A stretch of DNA of 64,000 nucleotides, taken from Escherichia phage AV109. The notes under the pieces were generated by a model that was given only the letters and a program-made list of their open reading frames with translations, was not told where the DNA came from and did no database searches. The stretch lies in the sequence record OR352939.1. One strand, given 5' to 3'. Below, piece by piece: positions 28,313 to 37,493 of the stretch; position 1 is the stretch's first letter, and each line of letters opens with the position of its first letter. The translations under genes were made by a program, and so were the position numbers.

Positions 28313-29262
28313 TATAAAACCTCAATGGCATTTCGTAAACCATCCGCTTTCGCATTCAGAGCTTTTAACGATTTAGTTTGTTCTGCAATCTGGGCTTCGA
28401 CTTCTTTAAGACGAGATTTGAGATATTCGCGTTCTTCTCTTAAGTTATCAACTTTTTCTGCTTTAGGTTCTTTAATAGTCTTAAGTTTATACCCGTTAGG
28501 GGACTTCAGCTTAATTCGGGTACGAGAACTGTATAACATTGAACCGTTATCTTCGGATTCGTCGAACGTTTCAACAACATCCATAGTCTCTAACAATGTA
28601 ATAAGTTTATAAGACAACGAACGAACGGTTTTGTTATGCTTATTAATTTCTTCGGCTTTCATGGTACCGAGATTACGTGAGTAGTAATAAGGAACCTGGA
28701 TATCAATTGACAATGATGCGTTACCATTACCAGTTGGTTTGAATACTGCAGTAACCCAATCTTTAACATGAACTTTATTTGTACGACCATCACCGCCTGT
28801 GAATAATTTACGAGAATGTTTAAAAAGCATATTCACTTGGTTATTGAATTCACAAGCAAATTTATCAACAAATTTAGTTTCAGGAATGGTAGATAACCAA
28901 TCAGCTAAATGAGTCTTTTTAACATCGTTAATAATAGTAAATTCAACCAAATCGGTTTTAGATGTCACAGATTTAATAAAGCTCGGCTTCATAAAGTTTT
29001 TAATGTTATCGCGAGCTACAGTAGAAGATAATAAACGAGAACGTTTGAACCATTGAAGCAGTGTCCCTAATGAATGAGAATACGCATTCTGAGTATCTTT
29101 ACAGATATGATTTTCTTGGCCTGTATATGTACCAAAATCTCGAAGAATACCACTTACTACATCTCGGTGTGGAACATCAAATCCTAGTGCACCAGAAGCG
29201 CGCTGAGCATGAACGTTAGCGATAAGACCGGCAAAGTATTCAATGTAATGTGAACGTGTCAT
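28312..29262 (-). CDS. hypothetical protein with C-terminal coiled coil (316 aa)
   Basis: ORF with SD GAGAGGAAAA; C-terminal heptad-like REEREYLKSRLKEVEAQIAEQTKSLKALNAKADGLRNAIEVL. Confidence 0.55.
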   Translation of the reverse strand: MTRSHYIEYFAGLIANVHAQRASGALGFDVPHRDVVSGILRDFGTYTGQENHICKDTQNAYSHSLGTLLQWFKRSRLLSSTVARDNIKNFMKPSFIKSVTSKTDLVEFTIINDVKKTHLADWLSTIPETKFVDKFACEFNNQVNMLFKHSRKLFTGGDGRTNKVHVKDWVTAVFKPTGNGNASLSIDIQVPYYYSRNLGTMKAEEINKHNKTVRSLSYKLITLLETMDVVETFDESEDNGSMLYSSRTRIKLKSPNGYKLKTIKEPKAEKVDNLREEREYLKSRLKEVEAQIAEQTKSLKALNAKADGLRNAIEVL

Positions 29263-29319
29263 AATATTTTCCTCTCGTTAAGATAGAAAGATTATACTCC
29301 AACCATCCTTGGTTGTACA

Positions 29320-30315
29320 TCATTCCTTAAGAAGTTTTACTACCTGAATAAGATTAGCTCGTTCTGTTTTATTTTTACCGTTTAAGCCTGCTAATCGTGA
29401 GATTTCATCGTCGGTCTGTTGAATAGTTACATTAAGTTCGTTAATCAAAGCTTCAAAGTATTTGATTTGCTCAGCATGTTTTGATTCAAATTTCTGAACC
29501 GGAATAACGTCTTGGTTTAGTTCATCAATAAGGTCTTTAAGAGCATCTTCTTGGTTGATATCATATTCAACTTCTTTTATTTCTTCAACAAGCTCGTCTT
29601 TATATCTAACGTCTTTTAGTCCTGGGATCGGGCCTAAAATCTCTTCTTTAAGAGTACAAACATATCCAATACGGTATCCAATGCCGTCTCGCTTGATATC
29701 AACTTCGTCGATAAATCCACAATGTTTAAAACCAGAGCCGATTAGGTCAAAATATCCTTGACGTCGTCCTTCAAACGTTACACGAACTACTAAGATGGTT
29801 TTGCCACCAACCTTTTGAAGCTCACATTTATAAAAGTCTGTTGAACCTGAATAACGTGGATGAGTTTTAAAGTTCATCTGACGATCTAGGCCCATTTGTA
29901 AACGTGCTGTTACGGCCAGAAAACGTGTTTGGTTCTCGTTAAGATGAGCAACAATCCATTTCAAAGGCATTTTACCATGTTCACGACCGAACAAATCAGT
30001 ACGTCCTAAATTACGCAGGATATTGTTAGAGTTAATCATCGACAGAACGTTAAGTTTATTCAGCGCGCTGAAGATTCCATCGGCCATTGATTTTCCGTAA
30101 CCTTTACATGCTTTAATAAGCGCTCGCGGTAGATTAGTATAGATTTCAGACGGCATATGAAAATCAAATTTACTAGTCAGTAATTGATGAACTTGGATAG
30201 CAATTTGTTCATAATTAAGTGCTCTGCGATCGTTATGGTCTTTAAACCACACTTTAATCTGTGAAGCACATAAACCGTTAATTTCATGTTTTACCGCATC
30301 AGATGTAATGCTCAT
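29320..30315 (-). CDS. hypothetical protein with C-terminal coiled coil (331 aa)
   Basis: ORF with SD GAGGAAA; same architecture as the preceding ORF. Confidence 0.55.
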   Translation of the reverse strand: MSITSDAVKHEINGLCASQIKVWFKDHNDRRALNYEQIAIQVHQLLTSKFDFHMPSEIYTNLPRALIKACKGYGKSMADGIFSALNKLNVLSMINSNNILRNLGRTDLFGREHGKMPLKWIVAHLNENQTRFLAVTARLQMGLDRQMNFKTHPRYSGSTDFYKCELQKVGGKTILVVRVTFEGRRQGYFDLIGSGFKHCGFIDEVDIKRDGIGYRIGYVCTLKEEILGPIPGLKDVRYKDELVEEIKEVEYDINQEDALKDLIDELNQDVIPVQKFESKHAEQIKYFEALINELNVTIQQTDDEISRLAGLNGKNKTERANLIQVVKLLKE

Positions 30316-30377
30316 AACTATTTCCTCAGATTGAATTGGAATTCAAAACCATTATAACCCGTCCTTGGGTAAAGCGT

Positions 30378-30905
30378 TTATGCGTGAACCGTCTTTAAAC
30401 GTTCTTCAAATTTCCGAAGAGTACTAATACGTTCTGCTTTCTGTTTTGTATAGTTTGCAATACGTTCTGAAGTGAGAGCGTATCGTTCGTTTACTGATTC
30501 TTTCATGAAGTCAGGGATTTCACGAGAAGCTTTAATTTCATCAAACTTATCGAGTACTGCCTGGTCTTCAGCGATTAAATTTTCGTACATCTCGATATCT
30601 TTCTTGATAAACTCGATATCTTCCTGGGTTACTTTGGATAAACGAGATGCTTTATCCTTTTTGTACTGCTCGTTAGTTTCACGAGACCAGAATAATGTAC
30701 GTTTTTTGTTAGTGTTTTTGTAGACTTCCACAATTCCAACTGAATCGATGATAACAATCCAATTCCAGCGAGATTTGAAAATCTGACCTCCGTCCACGGT
30801 AATCTCGTTACCATAAGCAATGTCATTAAAGAACTTACTTTGTGCTTCAGATTTAAATTTACCGTCGTTATAATTTACCAGGTTGAAAATATCTTTAGCG
30901 TTCAT
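30378..30905 (-). CDS. hypothetical protein (175 aa)
   Basis: ORF with SD GGAGGT. Confidence 0.55.
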   Translation of the reverse strand: MNAKDIFNLVNYNDGKFKSEAQSKFFNDIAYGNEITVDGGQIFKSRWNWIVIIDSVGIVEVYKNTNKKRTLFWSRETNEQYKKDKASRLSKVTQEDIEFIKKDIEMYENLIAEDQAVLDKFDEIKASREIPDFMKESVNERYALTSERIANYTKQKAERISTLRKFEERLKTVHA

Positions 30906-30932
30906 GTTTTACCTCCAGTAGTTGATAGGTCT

Positions 30933-30961
30933 ATAATAACATAACCATAGACCTTGTAAAC
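30933..30961 (-). promoter_or_regulatory. T4-type early promoter
   Basis: Minus strand GTTTAC, 17 nt, TATTAT, then SD GGAGGT and ATG at 30905. Confidence 0.5.
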
Positions 30962-30963
30962 AA

Positions 30964-31251
30964 CTAAAAGAAACTTTTTTCGGTATTTTTTCCACTGAAC
31001 CAAACAGACTTCGGGATTTTTTGTAATTTTTCAGATTTAAGTTTCTCTTCCTGTTCTTTCTTATATACACCCTTGTCGTACTGGAGCATCTCTATGGCAT
31101 TCTTTTGCAAACGATCTAAGGTAATTAAGGCTTTAGTTTTTCCTTTCAAGGAAGAGTCTTGGCGAACCTCCTCGCTATATTGCATCGTAGAACTAACCAT
31201 ACGATGAGCATACAGTTCTACTGCGGCTTTAATTTTTTGCATAAAATCCAT
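30964..31251 (-). CDS. hypothetical protein (95 aa)
   Basis: ORF. Confidence 0.4.
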   Translation of the reverse strand: MDFMQKIKAAVELYAHRMVSSTMQYSEEVRQDSSLKGKTKALITLDRLQKNAIEMLQYDKGVYKKEQEEKLKSEKLQKIPKSVWFSGKNTEKSFF

Positions 31252-31427
31252 AACATATCCTCTTTGATTTGTACATCATTATTTTTAAATATTTCTATGC
31301 CCTCAGTAGGTTCCTGGTGTCCTTCTTTGAGGTAAGCCATATGATTATTCATCTTTATGGCTTTTGTTACCTCAGAACTTCCTATAAAGCTTATTTCAGT
31401 AAAGTAACTTCCGAGATTTCTTCCCAA
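31218..31427 (-). CDS. possible small ORF overlapping both neighbours
   Basis: Overlaps flanking ORFs; weak. Confidence 0.25.
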   Translation of the reverse strand: MGRNLGSYFTEISFIGSSEVTKAIKMNNHMAYLKEGHQEPTEGIEIFKNNDVQIKEDMLWILCKKLKPQ

Positions 31428-32371
31428 CCATCTTTATCAGTTGAAATAAAATCTGCTACATAAAGAGCCGTACGTAATGATACATTGCGAAGACGAGATA
31501 CGTTAGCCTTCATCCAGGACAATGCTTTGTACGTTTCTGCATCCGTCAGGCCACGTTTCTGCATCATGTCAGTAGATAATATTACATCTTCAACTCGAAC
31601 CATAATCTCTTCATTAGAGTGTACTCCAAGGTCGAGATACACTGAACGAGATACTAAAGCTTGAAGGTGTGGAGCAAGTTTCGAACCCCGTTCTAACTCT
31701 TTATCGATATCAACGTTTGTAATGAAAACGATAGTACCTTCAAACTCAAATTCTTTATCAATACCCTTATCCTCGAGATAAGATGACGCAGTGCTCCAAC
31801 AAACTTTGCGTTTATCTCCGGTATCTAATGCTGCTTTAAGAAGATTCAAGATGTCCATATCTGAGAATACGTCAACGTCGTCGATTAAGAGAACGCTGTC
31901 TGCATCACGGTTGAGCCAAAGTTGTTCGTAAAGGCCAATACCAGAGATTTTACCATTAATACTTTTGTATTTGATGAAACCATTATCATTAGCATTATTA
32001 AGTGCTTTATCCAGAGAATACGTCTTACCAATACCTGCTGCACCTGAAATAATGAGTGAACGAATTTTGCCATCAATAATGCCATTCGTCATCATGTTCA
32101 TTACTTTAAAGCGTTTGTTGATACGAGTTTTCATATCTTCAGTGCTTTCAGCAACTGCAACTGGTGATGTCTCAACTCCTTCCATTACGATGTCTGATTT
32201 GAAGACCCATACTCCACGTTCAGAACCATCAATCATAACGAAAATTTTACCATCACCTAAGTGGGAACATTCAGGATTAAGCTTTGCCGGGAACCAGGTC
32301 TTTGTGGCAACATAAGAACCAGAGATTTCGTTATTACGATAGATACCTTTTTTGATTTGAACGTTGAACAT
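31391..32371 (-). CDS. P-loop NTPase with an N-terminal extra domain
   Basis: Walker A ISGAAGIGKT, Walker B VLLIDDVD; ATG at 32371 with SD GGAG (track start 32383 is TTG). Confidence 0.65.
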   Translation of the reverse strand: MFNVQIKKGIYRNNEISGSYVATKTWFPAKLNPECSHLGDGKIFVMIDGSERGVWVFKSDIVMEGVETSPVAVAESTEDMKTRINKRFKVMNMMTNGIIDGKIRSLIISGAAGIGKTYSLDKALNNANDNGFIKYKSINGKISGIGLYEQLWLNRDADSVLLIDDVDVFSDMDILNLLKAALDTGDKRKVCWSTASSYLEDKGIDKEFEFEGTIVFITNVDIDKELERGSKLAPHLQALVSRSVYLDLGVHSNEEIMVRVEDVILSTDMMQKRGLTDAETYKALSWMKANVSRLRNVSLRTALYVADFISTDKDGWEEISEVTLLK

Positions 32372-32410
32372 TTTATTCTCCAAATTTACTCATTTCGTTT
32401 CGATAGGTCT

Positions 32411-32439
32411 ATAATAACATGTTTAAAGCAAAAGTAAAC
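32411..32439 (-). promoter_or_regulatory. T4-type early promoter
   Basis: Minus strand GTTTAC, 17 nt, TATTAT, SD GGAG. Confidence 0.5.
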
Positions 32440-32441
32440 AA

Positions 32442-32660
32442 TTATTTGCGACGAGATTTTTTGGTAAGAGGTTGAAAGAACACTGCTTTACCAGCAGGAG
32501 TCAAAGTGACTCGTAATGCATTACCGATTCCCAAGGATGCTTTAACCAGACCTTTAGATTTCAGTTCACCGAATGCTTGACGTTGGTCTGCATCACGAGT
32601 GTTAACCATAAGACCTTTATCACCAGCTTCACGAATCATTTCTAACATTTTGGTTTTCAT
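32442..32660 (-). CDS. hypothetical basic protein (about 72 aa)
   Basis: Start MKTKMLEMI with SD GGAGAA; track ORF extends upstream into the promoter. Confidence 0.45.
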   Translation of the reverse strand: MKTKMLEMIREAGDKGLMVNTRDADQRQAFGELKSKGLVKASLGIGNALRVTLTPAGKAVFFQPLTKKSRRK

Positions 32661-32688
32661 TTTGTTCTCCTCTTGTTTTGATAGGTCT

Positions 32689-32717
32689 ATAATAACATAT
32701 CCTAAAAGCATGTACAC
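32689..32717 (-). promoter_or_regulatory. early promoter variant (GTGTAC -35, TATTAT -10)
   Basis: Same gataggtctataataacat core as the promoters at 30933 and 32411. Confidence 0.4.
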
Positions 32718-32763
32718 TACTTTTTAAAAATATTTGACCCCCTAAAGGGCCCGAAGGCCCTTA

Positions 32764-33753
32764 TCATTTATAGTATGAATTGTGGTTTTCTAAGTAGACT
32801 TGCTCAAGAAAGTCATCCCAGAAACTCATATCTACTTTTTGCTGCATACCATTCTTTGCGGCTTGTTCTGCCGCATGTTCAACTTGGTCAACGATATCTT
32901 CTAGGAATTCCTGTACGGTTTTAAACGTATGTTTACCAAGCTTAACATCGAGAATAAATGGAGCATCCTGAAGCGGGTAAACCAGGTCGCCAGTTTTGTA
33001 AATTTCTAAGAGCTGAAGTCCACCACGGCATGCATGACTCAATGCTTTCCAATCAATACCTTCATTGGCTTCTGCCTTACGAGCACGTTCACCATAGTTC
33101 TCTTCAAGTTTAACCAGGATGGCATTGAACTCTTTGTTAGTTAACGTATCTTGGAATTTACGGTCCAACAGACTATAAAATGTTTGCTTACCTGTTTTCT
33201 CGTTTTCGGTTTCAACCCATGAAGCAAATTCACCTATAGGCAGAACATTCTTCATATGGGATAAACGAATTACTGCACCATTATCAAAGTATTGTCCCCA
33301 TTCATTAGAACGTTTAAGGGCTTGACGAAGAACAGCCAGTCGAGAACCCTTGACACCGTATTTAGAAGCTTGCTTACGGACATACCCTAAATAAGATTTC
33401 ATGTTAGTAGTATAGAAACGAGACCTGTTATCTTGAATATACTTCCATACATCAGGCAAATCAGATTTAACTACTAGACTTTGTGGAGTGTGAAGCATAT
33501 CTAATGCGACGGTTTCACCATCCGCAGCTAGTTTAAAGAAATATTTGAGACTGTACAACTCATGGTCCACGTCGTCTTTTGTGTTCTTAGAAGATGTGTT
33601 ATTCGTGTTCTTGCTCATGTGTTCTTTAACGTTACCGGTCAAAATATCACGAGCATGAGGGACATAAATTTCTTTAAAATCGATGTCAGATTCAGGAGTA
33701 GACGTTCCATAAAGGTGGCTACCAAAGTAAGCCTTAACAATCGTTTTCATCAT
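32764..33753 (-). CDS. nucleotidyltransferase-fold protein (pol-beta superfamily signature)
   Basis: 329 aa; N-terminal YFGSHLYGTSTPESDIDF fits the G[SG]x9-13Dh[DE]h motif; ATGA coupling with upstream gene. Confidence 0.5.
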   Translation of the reverse strand: MMKTIVKAYFGSHLYGTSTPESDIDFKEIYVPHARDILTGNVKEHMSKNTNNTSSKNTKDDVDHELYSLKYFFKLAADGETVALDMLHTPQSLVVKSDLPDVWKYIQDNRSRFYTTNMKSYLGYVRKQASKYGVKGSRLAVLRQALKRSNEWGQYFDNGAVIRLSHMKNVLPIGEFASWVETENEKTGKQTFYSLLDRKFQDTLTNKEFNAILVKLEENYGERARKAEANEGIDWKALSHACRGGLQLLEIYKTGDLVYPLQDAPFILDVKLGKHTFKTVQEFLEDIVDQVEHAAEQAAKNGMQQKVDMSFWDDFLEQVYLENHNSYYK

Positions 33754-34145
33754 TTAGCCTTATATTCAAGAGTAGGACAGACTTTTTCTTTACGAACTTT
33801 AAGGTATTCGCCTATTAATGATTTCTTACGTTCAATAGGCTCCAGTCCATTTTTAATTCGTTCTTGGTTTTGTGCAATGAGCTCAATTTCTTTATAATAT
33901 TTTCTGTCGTTATATTTGTCTAACAACCAAGACGGACCAATTACTAACCCGGTAGCAATAAAAGCCATGACTGCTACACTTAAAATGCCTACACCAATTG
34001 AGGCTGGAACTAATGTCCATAGACTGCTAAAAACAAAGAATTTAGTTAAAATTTCATGGCCAATGATTGTGACTGCTGCTAAAATCGCAAATCCAATAAT
34101 TGAAGCAGCCAATACCGGGATTAACGTTTTCCAAAATAAGCACAC
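33750..34145 (-). CDS. membrane protein (131 aa)
   Basis: Hydrophobic segments IPVLAASIIGFAILAAVTIIG and VPASIGVGILSVAVMAFIATGLVIG. Confidence 0.5.
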   Translation of the reverse strand: MCLFWKTLIPVLAASIIGFAILAAVTIIGHEILTKFFVFSSLWTLVPASIGVGILSVAVMAFIATGLVIGPSWLLDKYNDRKYYKEIELIAQNQERIKNGLEPIERKKSLIGEYLKVRKEKVCPTLEYKAK

Positions 34146-34231
34146 AACGTTTTCGGACGATTCCGTGTACTATTGAACGCGGCATAAATTTTAAAATGCC
34201 AAGAGTTTTCATTGATAATCATAATAATTCC

Positions 34232-34774
34232 TTATTTCAAAGTTGGGATAATAGAATCGAGATAAGCTTTAAGAGCAACTGCTTCATCTTTGTCTAATGT
34301 AATGATATGTTGACGAAGGTCATCAATTTGGCGAATAACTACGACATCACCGTCTTCATAAGAAGGATTAACTCCCAGGACTGTTGTATAGTCAGGGCGG
34401 TCCTGATTTGTAATAAAAGCATTACGGCATTTAGCCCATTGAAGTTTGGCCTTTTTGGCTGTTTCAGATTCAATGAATTCTTTCACCTTAGCGACAAATG
34501 TTTTCCAATTATTAATAGAAAAACATTCATCTTCGGTTTCGATATTAACCCCACTATAAAGTCCGTGATAAAAACGAACTTGAAGGTCTTCATCAATGTT
34601 AATTACAGATGCATGACCGGGTGGATTGAGTTTCAAAATCTTGTCTAGTTCCATAGGAAGAATAGTAACAACATCATCTTCTTGCGTCAGAACGTACGCA
34701 TAACCACGTTTTTCGATACATAAATCACCAAACAACTCAGTCGTTTCAATTACAGTTTTCATATTATTCACCAA
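34232..34774 (-). CDS. hypothetical protein (180 aa)
   Basis: ORF. Confidence 0.5.
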   Translation of the reverse strand: MVNNMKTVIETTELFGDLCIEKRGYAYVLTQEDDVVTILPMELDKILKLNPPGHASVINIDEDLQVRFYHGLYSGVNIETEDECFSINNWKTFVAKVKEFIESETAKKAKLQWAKCRNAFITNQDRPDYTTVLGVNPSYEDGDVVVIRQIDDLRQHIITLDKDEAVALKAYLDSIIPTLK

Positions 34775-34874
34775 TTAAAGTTTCAACAAAATTCACCAAA
34801 TCATTCTGACGAGCATCAACCTGATTTCTATAAAAACTAAATAAGATCCATCAATTTATTAGCTTGTTCACGGG

Positions 34875-34985
34875 TCATTTTACCATACTCGCTTCAATAA
34901 GATTCATTACACCATTTACCATGTTATACGTAAACATCGGATAATTGTATTGTACTACAACATAAGCGATAAGCAAAAGTTTCAT
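34875..34985 (-). CDS. possible small ORF (36 aa), not in ORF track
   Basis: ATG at 34985 preceded by SD GGAGAA and an early promoter; MKLLLIAYVVVQYNYPMFTYNMVNGVMNLIEASMVK. Confidence 0.35.
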   Translation of the reverse strand: MKLLLIAYVVVQYNYPMFTYNMVNGVMNLIEASMVK

Positions 34986-35013
34986 TTTGTTCTCCATTTG
35001 TTTTTGTAGGACT

Positions 35014-35043
35014 ACTATAACATAGTCCTACCAAGTTGTAAAC
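35014..35043 (-). promoter_or_regulatory. T4-type early promoter with 9-bp inverted repeat flanking the -10
   Basis: Minus strand GTTTAC, 18 nt, TATAGT; gtaggacta...tagtcctac palindrome. Confidence 0.5.
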
Positions 35044-35252
35044 TACCGATTGTGTTTTAAATGTTGATAAAGTTCTTCAACTTGTTTAGGATCCAAAACA
35101 ATTAAGTCATTTTCTTGACGAAGATAAATCCATCCCTTATCCCCAGGGCCATTTTTACAAAACATCACCGTCGCCATATCGTCATCTTCAACGCTTTCAG
35201 GTAAAAGTTCAAGTACACCATCTTCGGATTTTCCAGTATAATCGTAAAGCAT
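35043..35252 (-). CDS. hypothetical acidic protein (about 69 aa)
   Basis: Internal Met with SD GAGGA is the likelier start; track ORF extends to 35279. Confidence 0.4.
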   Translation of the reverse strand: MLYDYTGKSEDGVLELLPESVEDDDMATVMFCKNGPGDKGWIYLRQENDLIVLDPKQVEELYQHLKHNR

Positions 35253-35326
35253 AATATCCTCACATAATCTCGTTAACATACATTTGTAATTCGGTGTGCG
35301 TATCAGCCATCTTTTTCATAGCTCTG

Positions 35327-35440
35327 TTAATGTCGATGTCTCCATCTTCGCAACCATGAGCATTTTCCCCAATCGGATACAGCGTTAGCGTACTCTTCAA
35401 TCAAAAACATTAACTTAGAAATTTTTTCTTTACGTGACAT
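35327..35440 (-). CDS. possible small ORF (37 aa), not in ORF track
   Basis: ATG at 35440 with strong SD GAGGAGAA downstream of an early promoter. Confidence 0.35.
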   Translation of the reverse strand: MSRKEKISKLMFLIEEYANAVSDWGKCSWLRRWRHRH

Positions 35441-35467
35441 AACGTTCTCCTCTAGTAAGTAAGGTCT

Positions 35468-35496
35468 ACTATAACACAACCTGAGGAGAAGTAAAC
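35468..35496 (-). promoter_or_regulatory. T4-type early promoter whose spacer carries the complement of the downstream SD
   Basis: Minus strand GTTTAC, TTCTCCTC in spacer, TATAGT, then GAGGAGAA SD. Confidence 0.5.
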
Positions 35497-35505
35497 TGCT
35501 AAATG

Positions 35506-35534
35506 CAAAAAAGCCCCAACCTTTCGGAAGGGGC
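35506..35534 (-). terminator. rho-independent terminator, copy 1 of a repeated GC-hairpin family
   Basis: Minus strand GCCCCTTCC-GAAA-GGTTGGGGC followed by TTTTTTG; immediately after the stop of the 35540 gene. Confidence 0.55.
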
Positions 35535-35539
35535 TTTGA

Positions 35540-36097
35540 TTAGTTTTTGTAATATCGTAAAGGGTTGATATGGAATGAAAGCATTGCGCGTGGAATAGGA
35601 CGACTCAAAAGACTCTTAAGTTTCCAACCACAGTAAACACGCAGATAAAATGTAATACCACCGACCTTAAGATAAGGTATAGCAGCGAATAATCCCCATG
35701 CAGACTCGTTCCAAACTAAAAGATATCCATGATGTGCCGGATCAGGAGATCCAGATTTAGTTTCGGCGTTGCCTTTATAGTGCCATTCTGATGAAGCTTC
35801 GCGACCTAAAACATGATACGAAAAATTATATGCTTTGTTGCGCCATAGCCAAGCTACGCGTTGAGCATATTTACCTATAACAGGAATTTTACGTATTTTA
35901 GACCAACGTTCAACATGGCCGCGGTCACCATCGATAGGATTATCGTAAGTCATCATCCAGTCAAAGCCATAAGGTAGTTTACCGGTTTTTTCACTATGGA
36001 ATGGAACTACAAATGGTGCTAGAATAATTGCTAAAATCGCTGCGATCCAATCTATAGGAACAAGAACAACCCAACTTACATATTTTAAAAATTTCAT
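35540..36097 (-). CDS. membrane-anchored protein (185 aa)
   Basis: N-terminal hydrophobic WVVLVPIDWIAAILAIILAPFVVPF. Confidence 0.5.
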   Translation of the reverse strand: MKFLKYVSWVVLVPIDWIAAILAIILAPFVVPFHSEKTGKLPYGFDWMMTYDNPIDGDRGHVERWSKIRKIPVIGKYAQRVAWLWRNKAYNFSYHVLGREASSEWHYKGNAETKSGSPDPAHHGYLLVWNESAWGLFAAIPYLKVGGITFYLRVYCGWKLKSLLSRPIPRAMLSFHINPLRYYKN

Positions 36098-36129
36098 ATA
36101 TCCTCTCTTAGTTTACAAGGATATTTATA

Positions 36130-36157
36130 CAAAAAGCCCCAACCTTTAGGAAGGGGC
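36130..36157 (-). terminator. rho-independent terminator, copy 2
   Basis: Same gccccaacc...ggaaggggc hairpin plus U-tract, downstream of rI. Confidence 0.55.
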
Positions 36158-36164
36158 TAGTAAA

Positions 36165-36467
36165 TTAGATAGATGTAGGCTCTAATTTTATTTTCATGAA
36201 CTCGGCAAATTGTCTGGCAGTTTTTATGCCTTGTTCATGACATTCAAATGCATCATCACAGGGGCTATTTTTGTAATGCTTTGCCATATACTTATAGAAT
36301 TTTTCAGAATTCTCGACATTTTGAATTTCAAACAAAGTATATACGTTTTTAATCCCTGATTCCATAAAGTTATCAAAATATGGGTCGATATATGCAGTAC
36401 CAACGATAGGAGTTGTTGCTGCAAAAAACCCCAGCATCGCCACAATGGCTATCGCTCTTAAGGCCAT
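36165..36467 (-). CDS. rI: lysis-inhibition regulator RI (antiholin)
   Basis: 100 aa; N-terminal signal-anchor MALRAIAIVAMLGFFA; DPYFDNFMESGIKNVYTLFE resembles T4 RI; SD AGGAGG. Confidence 0.85.
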   Translation of the reverse strand: MALRAIAIVAMLGFFAATTPIVGTAYIDPYFDNFMESGIKNVYTLFEIQNVENSEKFYKYMAKHYKNSPCDDAFECHEQGIKTARQFAEFMKIKLEPTSI

Positions 36468-36479
36468 ATAGGCCTCCTG

Positions 36480-36692
36480 TTAATTTTGGCCAGTATTTAT
36501 TTTTCGCCTTTGGACGGCCTTAACATCTGCGAGGTATTTTTCCAGCTTACGCTTACGAGTATAATCTGCTTTAGAACCAGTTTGACGGATATCCTCATTT
36601 AAATGAGAAATAGAATGTCCTAATTCTCTTCGGATTTCATCCAATTGGGTTACAGTAAGATTACGAAGTTGTCTTTCGTTTAATTGCTGCAT
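36480..36692 (-). CDS. hypothetical basic protein (70 aa)
   Basis: ORF with SD GAGGT between tk and rI. Confidence 0.45.
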   Translation of the reverse strand: MQQLNERQLRNLTVTQLDEIRRELGHSISHLNEDIRQTGSKADYTRKRKLEKYLADVKAVQRRKINTGQN

Positions 36693-36719
36693 ATATACCT
36701 CTTGGTTAGATATTAGTAT

Positions 36720-37301
36720 TTATAACAACCCTGTCAAATCGTTCCAATGCTTCCGGCATAATGACACGTATCTATCGGTATCACCAATTTCAATTTGACT
36801 GCCATCTGTAATTGGAAGTCCGTCTTCCGTGACTCTAGCTACCATTGTGGCTTTTTTACCGCAATGACAGACACCTTTAAGTTCAACAAGCTTATCGGCA
36901 ATAGCCATTAATGCTTGAGAACCTTCAAATAGATTACCTTTAAAATCCGTTCGTAGTCCATACGCCATTACCGGCACATTGTATACGTCAACAATACGAC
37001 TAAGTTGATACACCTTTTCAGTAGTTAAGAACTGAGCTTCGTCAACAAATACACAATGAATATCCTTTTGTGCTGCAGCCCATTTATAAAATTCAAAGAT
37101 ATCCATGTCTTTTGTAATTATATTGGCGTCCTGACGAATACCAATACGAGAGACTATTTCACCTTTTGAATCGCGAGTATCAATAGCCGGTTTAAGAACT
37201 AATACACCCATGCCACGTTCTTTATAGTTGTGTGCGGCAGTAAGTAATGAAGCAGACTTACCAGCGTTCATAGCGGCATATGTAAAAATTAAACTAGCCA
37301 T
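36720..37301 (-). CDS. tk: thymidine kinase
   Basis: 193 aa; Walker A AAMNAGKS, zinc-binding CHCGKKA...LCRKHW; matches T4 tk. Confidence 0.95.
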   Translation of the reverse strand: MASLIFTYAAMNAGKSASLLTAAHNYKERGMGVLVLKPAIDTRDSKGEIVSRIGIRQDANIITKDMDIFEFYKWAAAQKDIHCVFVDEAQFLTTEKVYQLSRIVDVYNVPVMAYGLRTDFKGNLFEGSQALMAIADKLVELKGVCHCGKKATMVARVTEDGLPITDGSQIEIGDTDRYVSLCRKHWNDLTGLL

Positions 37302-37310
37302 AAGAGTCCC

Positions 37311-37493
37311 TTATAGTGAATTCACGTAGTCAATGAGTTCTTGTTCTTTCCTGTCAAATGATTCCATCAATGCGTGATATTCTTCGTCCGTCAAAGGAGC
37401 ATATTCATCATACGCATTGGTGGCTGCTTGTTCATCCAATAGGTCATGGATAAGTTCGAACAGTTTAGCTTTCTCTTCTTTAGTTAATTTCAT
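37311..37493 (-). CDS. hypothetical acidic protein (60 aa)
   Basis: ORF. Confidence 0.4.
   Translation of the reverse strand: MKLTKEEKAKLFELIHDLLDEQAATNAYDEYAPLTDEEYHALMESFDRKEQELIDYVNSL

Noticed and set aside
36224-36445. Minus-strand ORF 36224..36445 inside rI
   Set aside because: Alternative frame of the rI gene, whose product matches T4 RI
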